The translations under genes were made by a program, and so were the position numbers. Shown piece by piece: positions 23,959-38,882 of a stretch of 64,000 nucleotides of DNA (the first letter of the stretch is position 1; each line of letters opens with the position of its first letter). Origin of the DNA: Octopus bimaculoides (Eukaryota); the NCBI RefSeq assembly GCF_001194135.2, contig NC_068989.1, positions 57,879,840-57,943,839 on the forward strand, given 5' to 3'. A model generated the notes under the pieces. That model saw only the letters and a list, made by a program, of their open reading frames with translations. It was not told where the DNA came from and did not search any database.

Positions 23959-26808
23959 GATTCTGGTATACTGTCACAAAATTGTATTTACATGCACAGA
24001 ATCATACATATTCTCCTATAAAACCATTTAAAAATATCTTTTAATAAATATATGATTAAACATACTAAATTGTTTTTTTTTCAAAAAAGTACACTTGTAA
24101 AATAGGGGTGCATCATATATCGAAGCAAATACAGTACATTTGAATGCCGATCCTTTTAAAAATTTCCAAATGTAAATTACTGGACATCTTTCCCCTTTGT
24201 GCCACAGAAAATAAAGTCTTATTGTTTTTAACCTCTCCCAGTAGTTTTATTGCTACATGAAAGCAATCTCTTTGGTTTAGGACTTTGACATTTTGAAGTG
24301 ACTACGTTTTTAATATAAACTAAATCTTCTTTTTAAATTATTTTTAAAAAACATATAAACACATACACACACATATAAAACCATTATGTAGCTCTAAGTA
24401 TTATCAAACATGTTTATAACTTTATAAGAAATAACACCTACAGGTGTTATTCATTTTTCACATTTATGTCAAATTAACTTTTTTTTGATACCAAGACACC
24501 TGAGACCAAACTTTATTCTAGGACACAAACATCCTGTTTAAAATGATTTAAACTAAAACTTTCTAAAATTTCATGTTATTTTATATTCCAAATACCAGCT
24601 TACTAATAAGGTTATTTTACAAAATTCTTCATTATTTTCAAAATAAAGTGAAACAAAGGCAGTGTATTTCAATAGAAATATGGTAACAAAAGGTTTAAAC
24701 TTCAGATACGCATATCCAACAACTTCAGAACAACTTGTATGTAGTCTATAGTAACTAGAACTGCCTTAGCTTTTACTAGTTCAGTATTAACCAATTATTA
24801 GTTAACCTAGGACTTTCCTATCAACAGACCTTCTTACTGCTAATGTCTGACTAAACCCATTAAACTCTGCCTAAAATGGTACATCTAACATTTAGGTACA
24901 CTTTTAATACTATTTATTTATAAAGGCAATGAGCTGGGAGAAGCATTAGCACACCAGGCAAAATGCTTAGCAGCATTTCGTCTGTCTTCATGTTCTGAGT
25001 TCAAATTCTGCTGAGGTTGACTTTGCTTTTTATCTTTTGAGGGTTGATAAAATAGGTACCACTTGAGCACTGGGGCCGATGCAATTGATTTACCTCCTCC
25101 CCTGAAATTGCTGGCCCCGTCCCAAAATGCGAAACCAATATTTATTTATAAAGGTGGTGAGCTGGGAGAAATGGCAAAATGCTTAGCAGCATTTTCACCT
25201 TCTCTATGTTCTGAATTCAAATTCTGCCAGAGTCAACTTTGCTTTTCCTCCTTTTGGGGTCAATAAAATAAGAACCAGTTGGGCACTGGGATCAATATAA
25301 TCAACTTGCCCCCTCCCCCAAAATTGCTGGTCCTGTGCCAAAATTTGAAACCAATATTAATTATTTATCAGTATGGTTTTTAAAGTAAGTAATTATCAAT
25401 ACTTAAATTTGAGATGGAGAAAGCATGAAGATAACTAGTCACTCAGTTATAAGTCATTAGTTTGATACCCAGTTTGGGAAGCATTGTGTGTCCTTAGACA
25501 AGGCATTTTAATGTTGATCTGGTCTACTCAACTAGCAGAAATGAGTATTATGACTGGAAGATGGATATGATCAGCAGTACACTGCTATCACTATCTTCAC
25601 TTTTTTTTTTTACTTTACATTTGAATAGGCACTATTTATATTTAACCCCTTTCATACCAAACTGCTCGAGACAGTCTTGCTTCTGTAAGGCAATCTTTGT
25701 TTTAAAATGATCTAAATTAAAACCTTCCGTAAAAATTTTGCGTCAGTTTAGGTTCCAAACATCAGCTTAATATTGACAAAGTTATTTAAATAAATTCTTC
25801 ATTATTTCATCTCATCTTTTCTACTCGCTTATTCCTGGTAGGGTCATGGGGGCAAAGTCCTCAAGTATGCCCTTCATCTGACTGGATGATCAAGTGAGAC
25901 TCATTGAGCTCATGGATGTTATCCAACCATCTTTGCTTGTTTGTGATCTACCCCGAGGATCACTTGTCGGTTGGTTTTTGCCCATAAAAACTTGTCCAGC
26001 AATTCTTTCCTGAGACATTCATCATCATTTAACATCTGCTTTCCATACTAGCATGGGTTGGACAGTTTGACTTGAACAGGTAAGGCCAGGGGCTGCACCA
26101 GGTTCCATTGTTTGTTCTGGCATGGTTTCTACAGCTGGATGCCTTTCCTAGTGTCAACCACTCCACAAAGTGTACTGGGTGCTTTTTATGCAGCATTAGC
26201 ACCAATGCTTTTCATGTGACACCAGCACATTCTTACCAACAATTCTTCATTATTTTAAAATTAACTGCAAAAAGGCAGCACATTTCAACATAGTAACAAA
26301 AGGGGTAAAGTGAACTAAATTAAAACCGTTCATCAAAATTTCATGTTAATTTATGCTTCAAACACCAACTAAATAATGACAAAATTATTTCACTAAATTT
26401 TTAATTACTTTCAAAACAAATCGGAAAAATGAAATATAACAAAAATGTTAAGGATTCTTTCTATAACTGAAACTTCTAAATTTGAAAATTTTACACATTT
26501 AAATATTCCTGGAAAAAATACTTTCTGAATAAAATCTTTTCACAATATTTATCATTCTAAAAATACCTAAACTAATTTTTACTTCAGACAATATTTCAAA
26601 CTTAGATTTAAAATATATAAAAATAAGTATAGTCCAATGAAAATAAAAACAATTTTAATGAATGTAAATATTGCTTTTACAAAGATACAAAGGGGAGAGA
26701 AGAAAAATTTGTATGTAAAATATTTATATAACCGGAGGTAAATAGAGATATAAGAATATTTAAATTTGAATAAATTTAATATATTTTTTTTCAATTACAC
26801 TCCATTGT

Positions 26809-26814
26809 TTTATT
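26809..26814 (-). terminator. Candidate AATAAA polyadenylation signal of PDCD6
   Basis: TTTATT on the plus strand about 230 nt downstream of the stop codon, in an AT-rich 3' UTR. Chance occurrence is likely in such DNA. Confidence 0.35.
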
Positions 26815-27041
26815 ATAACAAATATTCTCCATCTAAATTATTTTGTATGTTAAAAAAAGGTTACAACAGTGTGAATCTTTCTTTTTCTATTATGTAAAAA
26901 AAACAAGTTTCTTCACCACCTTGTTGATAATCTGATGTGGCTTGACACAGATTATATTTTGACGAGAATATTTTTTTTATGGTATCATAACTATATCATT
27001 TACAATATTTGTAACATGAATACAGATTAGAAAAAAAGTAG

Positions 27042-27143
27042 CTAAGTACGAAGACTGAATACAAGTGCAAGAAAATCTTCATATGAAATCTGAATAACAC
27101 CATCGCGATCTCTGTCGTGAACTTGAAAGGCATTTGTTAAAGT
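27042..27143 (-). CDS. PDCD6: PDCD6 terminal coding exon 6 (EF5): TLTNAFQVHDRDRDGVIQISYEDFLALVFSLRT*
   Basis: ttttttaatttcag acceptor, phase 0, TAG at 27042-27044. Matches human [32 protein letters not shown]. Confidence 0.94.
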   Translation of the reverse strand, partial: TLTNAFQVHDRDRDGVIQISYEDFLALVFSLRT

Positions 27144-28778
27144 CTGAAATTAAAAAAGAAAAACGCTTTTAACATTTAAAAAAAAAAAAATGTAGAAGCA
27201 AGACAAAAGAAATATTGTTTACAAACACATATATCATCATCATCTTTTAATGTCTGTTCTCCATGCTGGAATGAGTTAGACGGTTTGACAGGAGTAGGTC
27301 AGCTGGAGAGCTGCCAGGCTCCAATTGTCTGTTTTGGCATGGTTTCTATGGGTGGGTGGTTTTCTTAATGCCAACCACTTTACAGAGTGTACTGGGTACT
27401 TTTATGTGGCACCTGCAGGAGTGCTTCTATGTGGCACTGGCACAGGTGTTTTTACATAACACCAGGACCTACGATCCTATATATATATATAAAACCAGTG
27501 TATTGCTAGCAGTACTTGCAGATAATTCAATGATTATTCTGCAGCATTGAAAACTGTAACTTTATTGAAAGTTTAAAGAGAACTATGAAATATGATTCAT
27601 GTAGTGCATACAGAACAGTAAGAACCCAACCAATAAGGTATTTATTCATTCTTACTAGGTTCTGGCAGATTCTCACTGTTCTACATGCACTCCTGGAATT
27701 ATCAGTTTGGCAGACATCAGCAAATAACTTGTTTACTGATTCCTATAAACATGAGACTGTACTCTTGTTTCATTGGTCAGAAGTAGCTTTGACTGAGAAG
27801 TCACACAATGAGGCCAAAACATTAAAGTCCCCTAACTCTAGTGAAGCATGTGAACACACATCTAAACGGAAAAAGTTGCCAGTAGGCAGCTATAGAGAAT
27901 CAAACCCTGTGTTTCTCAATTAATTATATCTTCTTGAGTCTATGTAACTTTGCCTACTTTTACTGTGAATGTAAATAAATATTTATATATGAGTGTGTGT
28001 GTGTGTATATATTATACACACACACACCTACATAATGCTGTTCTTTTATTAGATGATTGCTTTTTGGGGCTCTCTTCCTCTATTCTTAAAGAAACTAAAA
28101 CCTTATCTGAAACAACTAAAAATTTCCGTCTCTTTTGTAATTTTTGTAAAAATATTTTCTTTATACCCTTGTCTAGACATCACATGATATTTGTAAAAAT
28201 GAGCGTCAGTCATACAGGCAATGTTGTTCATTTTCGGTCTTCCATGAAAACCCATCTGGCCTTGGGGAAGTATTACCTTACGTGGAAACAGGTGGTGGTT
28301 GGTGACAGTAATGGTATCCCAACAAAGAATATCTGCCGCAAGATATTCTGTCTTATCTATGCAAAGCATACAAAAATGGACGTGAAATGAAGATTTGCAA
28401 TCATTGAAGAGGGGAGACAACCGAGTTTGCTTTAAATGTCATTTGACCAGATTTTTAATTATATAAACCAAAAACGTCAATGTATTTTGAAAATAATCAA
28501 GAATTTGGCAGCTTTGAGTAAATAATTTAGTTTTTCCATGTGTGAAGCCCAGTAGAAAATGAGGACTTGTTGCTAATAATGTTATAATGACGTTGGGGTG
28601 TGCACATGGGTGTAGATATTCAAACTCATGACATAACAATTTGAATATACATCTCCCCATTTAGTCCAGAATATCAATCTGTTGTAAGGTGTCCAGAGTC
28701 ATGCAATCAGATGAATACTGTGTCAGTCATTTACCATATCTTGAAAATATTGCTTCTCTGGGCATCAACATGCTAAAG

Positions 28779-29035
28779 CAGTGGTTCCCAAAGCGGATGG
28801 TAGTCGAAAAATCCAGGAGGACGGTGAAGAAAAGTGGGGTGGTAATGGGTTGGTCAATGGATGTAAAACGAAACCTCAAAATAATGGGTTAATTAGGTTT
28901 AAGTTTATCTATGATATACAGTTGTTTTGAATTTGCTGCAGAAAGTGGTCTATGTTTGTGGTGGTGAGTGGGGGCACTAGGAATGTGACCTGGGGGCTAA
29001 GGGGGTGGAAGCCTGAAAAGGTTTAGGAACCACTC
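28779..29035. mobile_element. hAT (Charlie/Buster-like) MITE with 8-bp TSD TGCTAAAG
   Basis: Ends cagtggttccca.../...taggaaccactc. An identical tgctaaag flanks both sides (28771-28778 and 29036-29043). Confidence 0.8.
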
Positions 29036-29727
29036 TGCTAAAGTTTCAATATTTAGCCACTGATTAGGTAAAAGCCCACAAGATTATGCATCATATTTTG
29101 AACAACTTTTAGCCATCTTTTCTGATTTTAATATCTCAACCATTTGTGGACATGCTTAGAAAGCCAAAAAAAACAACACAGCACCCATGACTTTTATACA
29201 CCTAGAATTGTCAAACCATAGAATAAGCTACCAACATTGGTTGTTAGCTGTTAGAATACTGCATTTTTCAAAAGTCCATGCTTTACCTGAAATTTTCCAA
29301 CACTATTCTGATGTGCCTATGTACTCATTCCTCTTTATGGCTCTTTTACTGTTCACTTTTCTATCTCTATTTTATTCTGTGTTGTGCAAGTACTTCTAAC
29401 TTTCCTTGGTGCTTTCCTACGTTTGATCATTTGTGGTTTCTCTCCCCAGTTTTAACCTTTTCTGATGAATTGTAGTGCACCTTAGCACTGTATACTACAA
29501 GCTCATTACTATCATTATTAAAAGTAAATTCTTTAAAAGGGCAGCGAACTTGCAAAATCGTTAGCCTGCTAAACAAAATGCTTAGCAGAATTTCATCCAT
29601 CTCTATGTTCTGAGTTCAAATTCCATCTAGGTTGACTTTGCCTTGCATCCTTCCAGGGTTGATGAAATAAGTACTAGTTGAGCATTGGGGTTGATGTAAT
29701 CTACTAGCTGCCTCCCTAAAAATCTCA

Positions 29728-30084
<357 letters not shown>

Positions 30085-30443
30085 TTAAGAACCACTGCCT
30101 TATCAAATAAAGCAGTTCTACATTCAAAACAGTTATGGCTGGATCCTCTCTGATCAACTGTCTGATTGATTATGGCTAAATTACTTCATTATTATTTTAA
30201 TGTAGGTTCATTAAATTCTATCTATATATGACTTAGTTATCTGTACCATCAATCTAGACACTGGATCACAATGCAGTCTTCAGATTTATACTATCAAACT
30301 AAGTGATGACCAACAGTACATATAAGTAATGGAAAGCAGCAGAATAGTAATAATAATACATTAGACAGAGGAATGATGAGAGAAAGAGAGGTGGTGTCAA
30401 ACTAAATGGAAGATTAATTCTATTATCAAAATGAGAAAAGTTA

Positions 30444-30626
<183 letters not shown>

Positions 30627-31627
30627 TCAGAATCAAACATCAAGGATATCCACAAGCATTAAGTGAGGCAACAGTGGTTATTCATAAAAACAAATTACTG
30701 CTGTTGCATTCCTCACTATAGACAGTATTTGTTCAGGCAAGCTTTCCACAGCCAGATGCCTTCTCTGTCACCAACACTCACCTGTATCCAAGCAAGGTAA
30801 TATTTCCAATGGCTGAACAGGTTTTACATAGAAGATTAGAAATGGACAACATCCTTTGTATGACAATGATGCTTGTTTACAACCATCACATGATGTCAAG
30901 ACAAAGGTTCACACAATCATACATACAAGGGCTGGTTGAAAAATTCACAGACTGATCAAGATACTCTCATGGAAGGTGACAAAAAATGAAGTTTGTAGTC
31001 CACACATTTCTTTCATCGGTGTTGTAGTGCCTGGATACTATTGGTGAAGAAGCTTTCAGCTTATTGATCAAAAAAGTCAACAGCAGATATGACATCATCA
31101 TCAATGTGATCTTGAGTTCAATCCCACTGCATGGCACATTGAGCAAACGTCTTCTACTGTAGCCCTGGGTTGATCAAAGCCACATGAGAGGATCTAGTAG
31201 GCAGAAACTGAAAGAAGCTCAGAGTGTGTGTGTGTGTGTGTGTGTACTTGTTTTGACATCATGTGATGGTTGGAAACGAACATCCCTGGCCATACAAGTA
31301 ATGTTCATTTCTGGTCTTTCATGAGAAAGATGTCTGACCATGGGGAAATTTACTTTGCTTCAAAACAAATGAGATTTGGCAGCATCAAGGGTATCTGGCC
31401 ATAGAAAATCCACCACAACAAATTGTCTCATCCATGCAATCATTGAAAATGGACATTAAACAATGATGTTGGACACATCTTATGGGGGGGGAGGTCTTTG
31501 TTACATGATAGAAATTAGAAATGGGTAAACATAAAAAGCTACCAAAATAAGCTTAAACAAATCTTTACACATGTTAAACCATGATAAATGATTGTATAAA
31601 AGGAGGAAAGATAACTGTTTAACTTAC

Positions 31628-31672
31628 CAACCATCAATCGTACAGTTTCTGGGTTGAAAGGTGTCCATGTAC
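31628..31672 (-). CDS. PDCD6: PDCD6 coding exon 3: G-TWTPFNPETVRLMV-G
   Basis: attaccag acceptor, G|gtaagt donor, 45 bp, phase 1/1. Matches human GTWTPFNPVTVRSIIS. Confidence 0.95.
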
Positions 31673-33166
31673 CTGGTAATTAAATATGAAAGGTTAGTAA
31701 CATCAAAGTCAAGTGTGTATGTATGTATGTCTATTGAGAGATAGAGATAGAGAGTGAGAGTGTGTGTGTGGATGTGTGTCTATGAGAGAGAGGGTGTGCG
31801 TGTGTATATATGAGAAAGAGAGAGATGAGAGAAATGAATGAGACGAGAGGATCATCTGATAAAGCCAAGCAGTTAAACGTCTAATACACGAAGAAAGTAC
31901 AGTTAATTTATTGTTTGTTTTACTATTTATTCAAAGAATGGAAGAGCAGTACCCATGAGCCTTTATTTTTCCAGGGCCTCCAAAAAATGGTGAGAGAGGG
32001 GGAAGGAGGTATACTCAAACTGGAGAGCTGGCCTAAACGCTCGCAATAGGGTGAACTCCACTAAAAGTACCCAAGGACCAAGTGATGATGTTAAACCAGA
32101 GAATGCATTTAGTCTATTATCAAGAATTCAGAACACAAAGAGTTGGAAGAGATGCCACAAGCTATCGCGTCCAGCTCTAAACAATTCTACAAGCTAATTA
32201 TCCTTGACTGGTACGTTATTTCATTGACTCCCAAAATGAATGAAAGATTAAGCTGACCTTGACTGTATTTGAACTCAGCATGCAGATAGCCAGAACAAAT
32301 ACAAGATATTTTGTCCCCCACTCAATGTCTCTGCCAATTCACTGCTTATTTCAGGTTATTAACTTATTCTTGGTGCTATAACTTCCATTACTTTAAAAGC
32401 AAATGTATACTTGATTCTGTATACCATTGTGTCAGTGTCTGAGAATGAGGTACACCAGACTGACTTCTTTAGGTAGGCATGGAATACGAAAATTTTATGG
32501 AAAGGAAGAATTGAAGTGGTAACAATTATGCTTTTCTAGAAAGCAAAACATAAAAGAAGTGAAATCAATTCAAGAATAAAGGGAAACTCGTTTGTAGACC
32601 AAAATCCTTGGTAGAAAGTCTAACAGAACCTGTCTGAGGTTATGTTACAAACTTGGTGCTTTCAGGTGATCTAAACTGAAATCATCCACCAAAACTGCAT
32701 ATTAATTTATGTTCCAAACTTTAGCTTAATAATGAAAAATTTATTTTACTAAATTCTTTATCATTTTCAAAATTAATTGTAACAAAGGCAGCGTGTTTCA
32801 AAAGAAATATTGTAAAAAAAAAGCTTTAAACACTCAATGGTCATTTGGAAAATTAATTCAAACAGAACTAGATAGCACAGTCATGTTTATCAATCTTATT
32901 TATTTGTTCTACAAATAAACTGTACTTTAACATAACTCAGATGTAGTTCTGATAGGACTGTGATAATCAAGACCTAGCGAAAACAGGACTATTATTTTAG
33001 AAATCTTGTATCTGTAAGACTAATTTAAAACTTTCCACATTTAAAGATTGGAAATTCTGTTACTGTTTTGAAATGATACCCTTAATTCATTAACAAAAAT
33101 TTAATCCTTTCACAAATGCAACATTCAAAGATCTAGTGTTAGTATTCAGACTACTCTGTCTAATAT

Positions 33167-33500
33167 GTGAAGACCCCCTTCGGTTATGACTGACCATGGG
33201 ATTGCACATAGGAAGTTACCCTCCCAGGCACAAGTCCAGGCATAGTTGTTTATGGAAGACCAGCAGTTGCCCATGCATACCAGCCTCCCCTCTCCACGCC
33301 ACCAGTGTTATCCAAAGGAAAGGCAAAGGCCGATACAGCTTGGCACATGTGACGTCGCAATTCATTTCTACAGCTGAGTTAACTGGAGCAATGTGAAACA
33401 AAGTGTCTTGCTCAAGAACACTACACGCAGCCCGGTCCAGGATTCGAACTCACAACCGCACGATCATAAGCTCGATGCTCTAACCACTGAGCCATGCGCC
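33167..33500 (-). mobile_element. Young tRNA-derived SINE with 10-bp TSD TGTCTAATAT, nested in a TTAA-type MITE
   Basis: Minus-strand head ggcgcatggctcagtggttagagcatcgagc...gagttcgaatcc carries A and B boxes. TSD at 33157-33166 and 33501-33510. Confidence 0.85.
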
Positions 33501-35809
33501 TGTCTAATATAAAGCTTATTTATCCACATCGTTTTGAATTAATCATGCATAATCTTGTGGCTTTCAGATTTTGACAATGTGATTGTTTATTTTGTAGAAT
33601 GACATTGTAGAGTAAATGTGAAAGGCTGGATATGCTCAGTTTGAACATAAAATGGGTAGAATATTTTGGTCAGATAGGGCTGGTTTAAGTGCTAAAGAGT
33701 TAATTCTTGTCTTTGTTAGTTGTCTAAGAGATAAGATAGTCTCTTACTGAAGAAAACACCAATCTCCCTAAATACGTTCACTTGTCCCTCTCATTCACTA
33801 AGCAATAAATGTAAGTCAATGGTATTTCAAAGTGGTCATGAATAAATGAGTATAAACTTTCTCCTCCCAAAGCGTTTTTCTACATCTTGGGATCAAATTG
33901 AGATGAATCTACTTAAAATTGAATATACTATTTCTCCAAACAGATAGTTCTGTTTGCCATTAAAAATAATAGTTTCCAACTGAACTAACAAGGAACAACC
34001 TTTATAAACATACACAAAACTTATAACAAAATCAAACAAAACAGAATAAACAAACCAAACAAGGCATGACAATAACACAAGAAAAATTAATGAGGCTTTC
34101 TAACAGCAGTTTGTGAATAAAGGATAAACAATAAACCCTAAACAGTGAGGAGTTAAAAAGGGGATGTTCCTAAAATGTGTAACAAAAACTTTGAGGTGTG
34201 CTAGTACTGTTATTACTACCATTTTAAAGGTCCTTATCTTGTTTGTTATTCCTTTTTAAAACAACATTTCTGATACTCATTTGCCACTCTGTAAGGTAAC
34301 AAACAAGAACTATTGATACCAATAAGTAATATTAGTTTCAAATTTTGGCACATGGCCAGCAAGTCTTTTGGGGGGGGGGGGTAAGTAACTTACATATATC
34401 TCAGTACTTAACTGGTACTGATTTTATCAATCCCCAAAAAATGAAAGGCAAAGTTGACCTCAGCGGAATCTGAACTCAGAACATAAAGACAGATGAAATG
34501 TCACAAAGCATTTTGCCTGAAATAAATTTGGTAGTTGAAAATATTGTAATGACCAAACAACAAACCAAAATTAACTCTTCTCTCTATGAGTATGCTTTAG
34601 TGGGTACAATTTCACATGCCCCTGGAATACGCAAAATAGGGCAACCTCATGGTTTTGTGCACATGATTCACTAATTGGTAAAAACATTATTTCCAGCCAT
34701 ACACACAAAGGCATGTGGCCACTTGCTTTTGTATCTTCCAGGTATATAGGCAAATGAAATTGCACCCACTAAACCGTACTTCTGGGTTCAGAGGGTTAAA
34801 ACATGACCCAATTGTTAGGTATAGAATATAAGTACCAAGCCCGTATAAATAAAAGATTAACTTACTATTTCCATTCACCTACAGCTATTTTAACCCTAAA
34901 TCAGCTCTGACAAAGCAAACCTAAAATTAAGGGCATCCCAGCTATGATTACATATATAGTGTTTCATTAATCAACATTTTCTTAAGAGTAGGAGATTTGG
35001 TTGTTATTTCTAGGAAGTTAAGTAACCATGTAGAGGCTTATTGAATCAATATGGTGAAAATTTGAATATATTTGGTAATGGGTCTACTCATGATTATTTG
35101 ATTTACCACTTTCATACTACAAGTCAATAGTGAAACACTGCAACAACTCTCCAACCAGGCCCTCATCTCTCTACATTTGAACATGTCTATGCATGGATCC
35201 CAGTTGATTGACTTGTTTAATTTAAATAAGCACTGAACACAATGAAAACTATCTTCACAACTATCCTATTTGAATGATATAAACTGTACATTAATCCTTT
35301 TGTTAGCATGTTTTGGTTGATGTACACTGCCTTTATTTCAATTGATCTTGAAAATTATGAGGAATTTTATTTGAAGAACTGTCCTTATTAATCTGGTGTT
35401 TAGACTATAAATTGACATGAAATTATATGGTGAACTTTTAATTTAGATAATTATCATCATCATCATCATTCAAAGGCCATTTTCTATGGTGGCATGGGTT
35501 GGACAGTTTGATGAGCCAGAGCACTGCACCAGGCTCCAGTGTCAGCTGTGGCATGGATTCAACAGCTGAATACCCTTCCTAATGCCAATCACCTCAGAGT
35601 GTACTGGGCGTTTTTTGTCACACCAGCACTAGTGAAGTCACTAAATAACTTGCAAGACAAGTACATCCTCTCCTCGACTGATGGAGTAGAGCTGATATTG
35701 AGGGACAGAAACAGGTGTCTTTCTGAAGAGGAGATACACAACTACCCCAGGTGGAAAAAGAGAGACAATGGTGAAGAGATGACAGGGTATTACCTCTTCA
35801 CCACCTTAA

Positions 35810-36027
35810 CCCTTTCGCTACTGTATTCATTTTGAGATGTCCTGTGTTCCTTTCAATTACTTTAAATATAACAAAGAATTTAATAAAATAACTTAGTTAT
35901 CATTCAGCCAGTGTTAGGAACATAAATTGTAACTAAGGTTTGGTGGAAGATTTTAATTCAAAACTTGAAAACAAGACATTTGTACTCAGAGCCAGAGCCG
36001 GTTTCAGCTGGGTTGGTATCGAAAGGG
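35810..36027. mobile_element. piggyBac-like MITE (TTAA|CCCTTTCG...CGAAAGGG|TTAA), one of about a dozen related copies
   Basis: TTAA TSD and short TIRs. Relatives at about 24490-24700, 25640-26310, 32590-32830, 36600-36838, 47995-48397, 51478-51710, 54427-54605, 59160-59308 and 60240-60394. Confidence 0.75.
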
Positions 36028-37177
36028 TTAAGTTACAGGAAGGTGAACATAAGAGAAGTGGCCCAGAGGATTAGACAGGATGAATGAGTAGATAAGTTCA
36101 CAGGAGTGTGAAAGGAGAATGGCAGATGGATAGAGATGAGAACAGAGGTGAATGCAGTGAATGGTAAACATGAGTAGAGGTGGGGGTCAATGGTGAATGC
36201 CACTTGAAATTTTGTTACCTTATTTCTGTTGAAATACATAGATGTTGTTTCAATTACTTTTGAAAATAACGAAGAATTAAAATAACTACCATTACCGAAT
36301 CCACTCATGCATTTCATGTGTCTTTACATTCTAAGTTTAAATTCTGTTGAATTGATTTTGCCTTTCATCCTTTAGGGATCGATAAAATGAATACCAGTTG
36401 AGCACTGGGGGTTGAGTCAAAATTTGAAACCATTATTAAGCTGTGTTTGGAATAAAAACTAACACAAAATTTTGATGAAAGATTCCCAGTGATAATGAGA
36501 TAAACCAACTCAATAATATCTCATTTGAAAGAAAAGGAATTAAAGTTAATGTTCACAAATATATCAAGTTAACTCTTAATTGATGTTCTAAACAACAGCT
36601 TAATAATGACATATTTTCTTAATTTTGCATTATTTTCAAAATTAATTGGAAGAAAGGCAGTGTATTTCAACAGAAATATGGTAACAAAAGTGATAAAAAT
36701 TCCATTAAAATTTCACTTTAATTCAAGTTGTATACACCAGCTTAACAACAATGAAGTTATTTTACTAATTTTTTTAATTATTTTCAATTAATTAAGACAA
36801 AGTGAATTTCAACAGAAATATAGTAATAGAAGGGTTAAGTTGACCCAACTTTTGGCATTCAAAAGATCAAATCTCCTTAAAAAAAAAACAAAAAAAACTC
36901 TACATTAATTTAGTTGGCAGCTTCTGCTCTGTTTAAATACATCTTAACACATTTTTTATCAAAATCTAAAATATATTAAAACAATATCAGTCAACTAATC
37001 AGGTGCAGGAGTGGGTGTGTGGTAAGTATCTTGCTTACCAACCACATGGTTCTGGGTTCAGTCCCACTGTGTGGCACCTTGGGCAAGTGTCTTCTACTAT
37101 AGCCTTGGGCCGACCAAAGCCTTGTGAGTAGATTTGGTAGATGGAAACTAAAAAGCCTGTTGTATATATGTGTGTAT

Positions 37178-38232
37178 GGGTGTGCTGAAAGTGTAGCTGC
37201 TAGAATAAGAATAGCCTGGGCAAAGTTTAGAGAGCTCTTACCTCTGCTGGCGACAAAGGGACTCTCACTCAGAGTAAAAGGCAGACTGTATGACGCATGT
37301 GTACGAACAGCCATGCTACATGGCAGTGAAACATGGGCTGTAACTGCTGAGGACATGCGTAAGCTTGCAAGGAATGAAGCCAGTATGCTCCGTTGGATGT
37401 GTAATGTCAATGTGAATACCCGTCAGAGTGTAAGTATCTTGAGAGAAAAGCTGAACATTAGAAGCATCAGTTGTGGTGTGCAAGAGAGACGATTGCGCTG
37501 GTATGGACATGTGCTGNNNNNNNNNNNNNNNNNNNNNNNNNNNNNNNNNNNNNNNNNNNNNNNNNNNNNNNNNNNNNNNNNNNNNNNNNNNNNNNNNNNN
37601 NNNNNNNNNNNNNNNNNNNNNNNNNNNNNNNNNNNNNNNNNNNNNNNNNNNNNNNNNNNNNNNNNNNNNNNNNNNNNNNNNNNNNNNNNNNNNNNNNNNN
37701 NNNNNNNNNNNNNNNNNNNNNNNNNNNNNNNNNNNNNNNNNNNNNNNNNNNNNNNNNNNNNNNNNNNNNNNNNNNNNNNNNNNNNNNNNNNNNNNNNNNN
37801 NNNNNNNNNNNNNNNNNNNNNNNNNNNNNNNNNNNNNNNNNNNNNNNNNNNNNNNNNNNNNNNNNNNNNNNNNNNNNNNNNNNNNNNNNNNNNNNNNNNN
37901 NNNNNNNNNNNNNNNNNNNNNNNNNNNNNNNNNNNNNNNNNNNNNNNNNNNNNNNNNNNNNNNNNNNNNNNNNNNNNNNNNNNNNNNNNNNNNNNNNNNN
38001 NNNNNNNNNNNNNNNNNNNNNNNNNNNNNNNNNNNNNNNNNNNNNNNNNNNNNNNNNNNNNNNNNNNNNNNNNNNNNNNNNNNNNNNNNNNNNNNNNNNN
38101 NNNNNNNNNNNNNNNNNNNNNNNNNNNNNNNNNNNNNNNNNNNNNNNNNNCCGGTTTCACCAGTCCTCAGTCAAATCGTCCAACCCATGCTAGCATGGAA
38201 AGCGGACATTAAACGATGATGATGATGATGAT
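37178..38232 (+). mobile_element. Young 5'-truncated RTE LINE (3' part in assembly gap) inserted in the central microsatellite of a bipartite SINE (SINE halves about 36998-37177 and 38233-38465)
   Basis: RTE thumb sequence before the gap, RTE (GAT)n tail after it, and SINE head and tail on either side. Confidence 0.8.
37517..38150. other. Assembly gap (N run)
   Basis: N characters. Confidence 1.
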
Positions 38233-38821
38233 ACATATATATATATATATATATATACATATATGAGTGTGTGTTTGTTTCCCCAACATCGCTTGACAAC
38301 CGATGCTGGTGTGTTTATGTCTCCGTAACTTAGCGGTTTGGCAAAAGAGACCAATAGAATAAGTACTAAGCTTACAAAGAATAAGTCCTGGGGTTGATTT
38401 GCTCGACTAAAGGCGGTGCTCCAGCATGGCCACAATCAAATGACTGAAACAAGTAAAACAGTAAAAAGTAATATTGTTTTTTCCCATCCCAGTATAATTA
38501 TTTCTAGTCAGGCATTTAATATCTGCATTAAATATGTTAACACTAATTTGCCAACAGTTTTAAGAGAAAGAAGAAAAAAAAGGAAAACCTAAAATAGATA
38601 TTAAATCAATTTTAATATTTGAGAGGGACAGAAAGAGAGAGAGAGGAGCACCCAAAAGGGGATAAAGATTAAAAACTGAGGTACAAGTAAAAATGCTTGG
38701 AAACTAAGGAATCTAAAACACCAGGCCTTAAACACAAGGAACATAATCATGTATAGTTAGTAGATTAATGTTCTGATGAGATAACAAATTCTCTCTCCCT
38801 CCAGACACAGACGCAGACGCA

Positions 38822-38865
<44 letters not shown>

Positions 38866-38882
38866 GACTGCACTGAAAGTAA

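Noticed and set aside
34760-34810. FNPLNPEVRF on the minus strand as a duplicate of exon 3 (TPFNPETVRL)
   Set aside because: No matching splice sites or 45-bp length, and the conserved GTW is missing. It begins at a ttaaccct motif typical of local MITE ends.
37124-38219. Long ORFs spanning N runs (also 40351-40988)
   Set aside because: Artefacts of translating assembly gaps.
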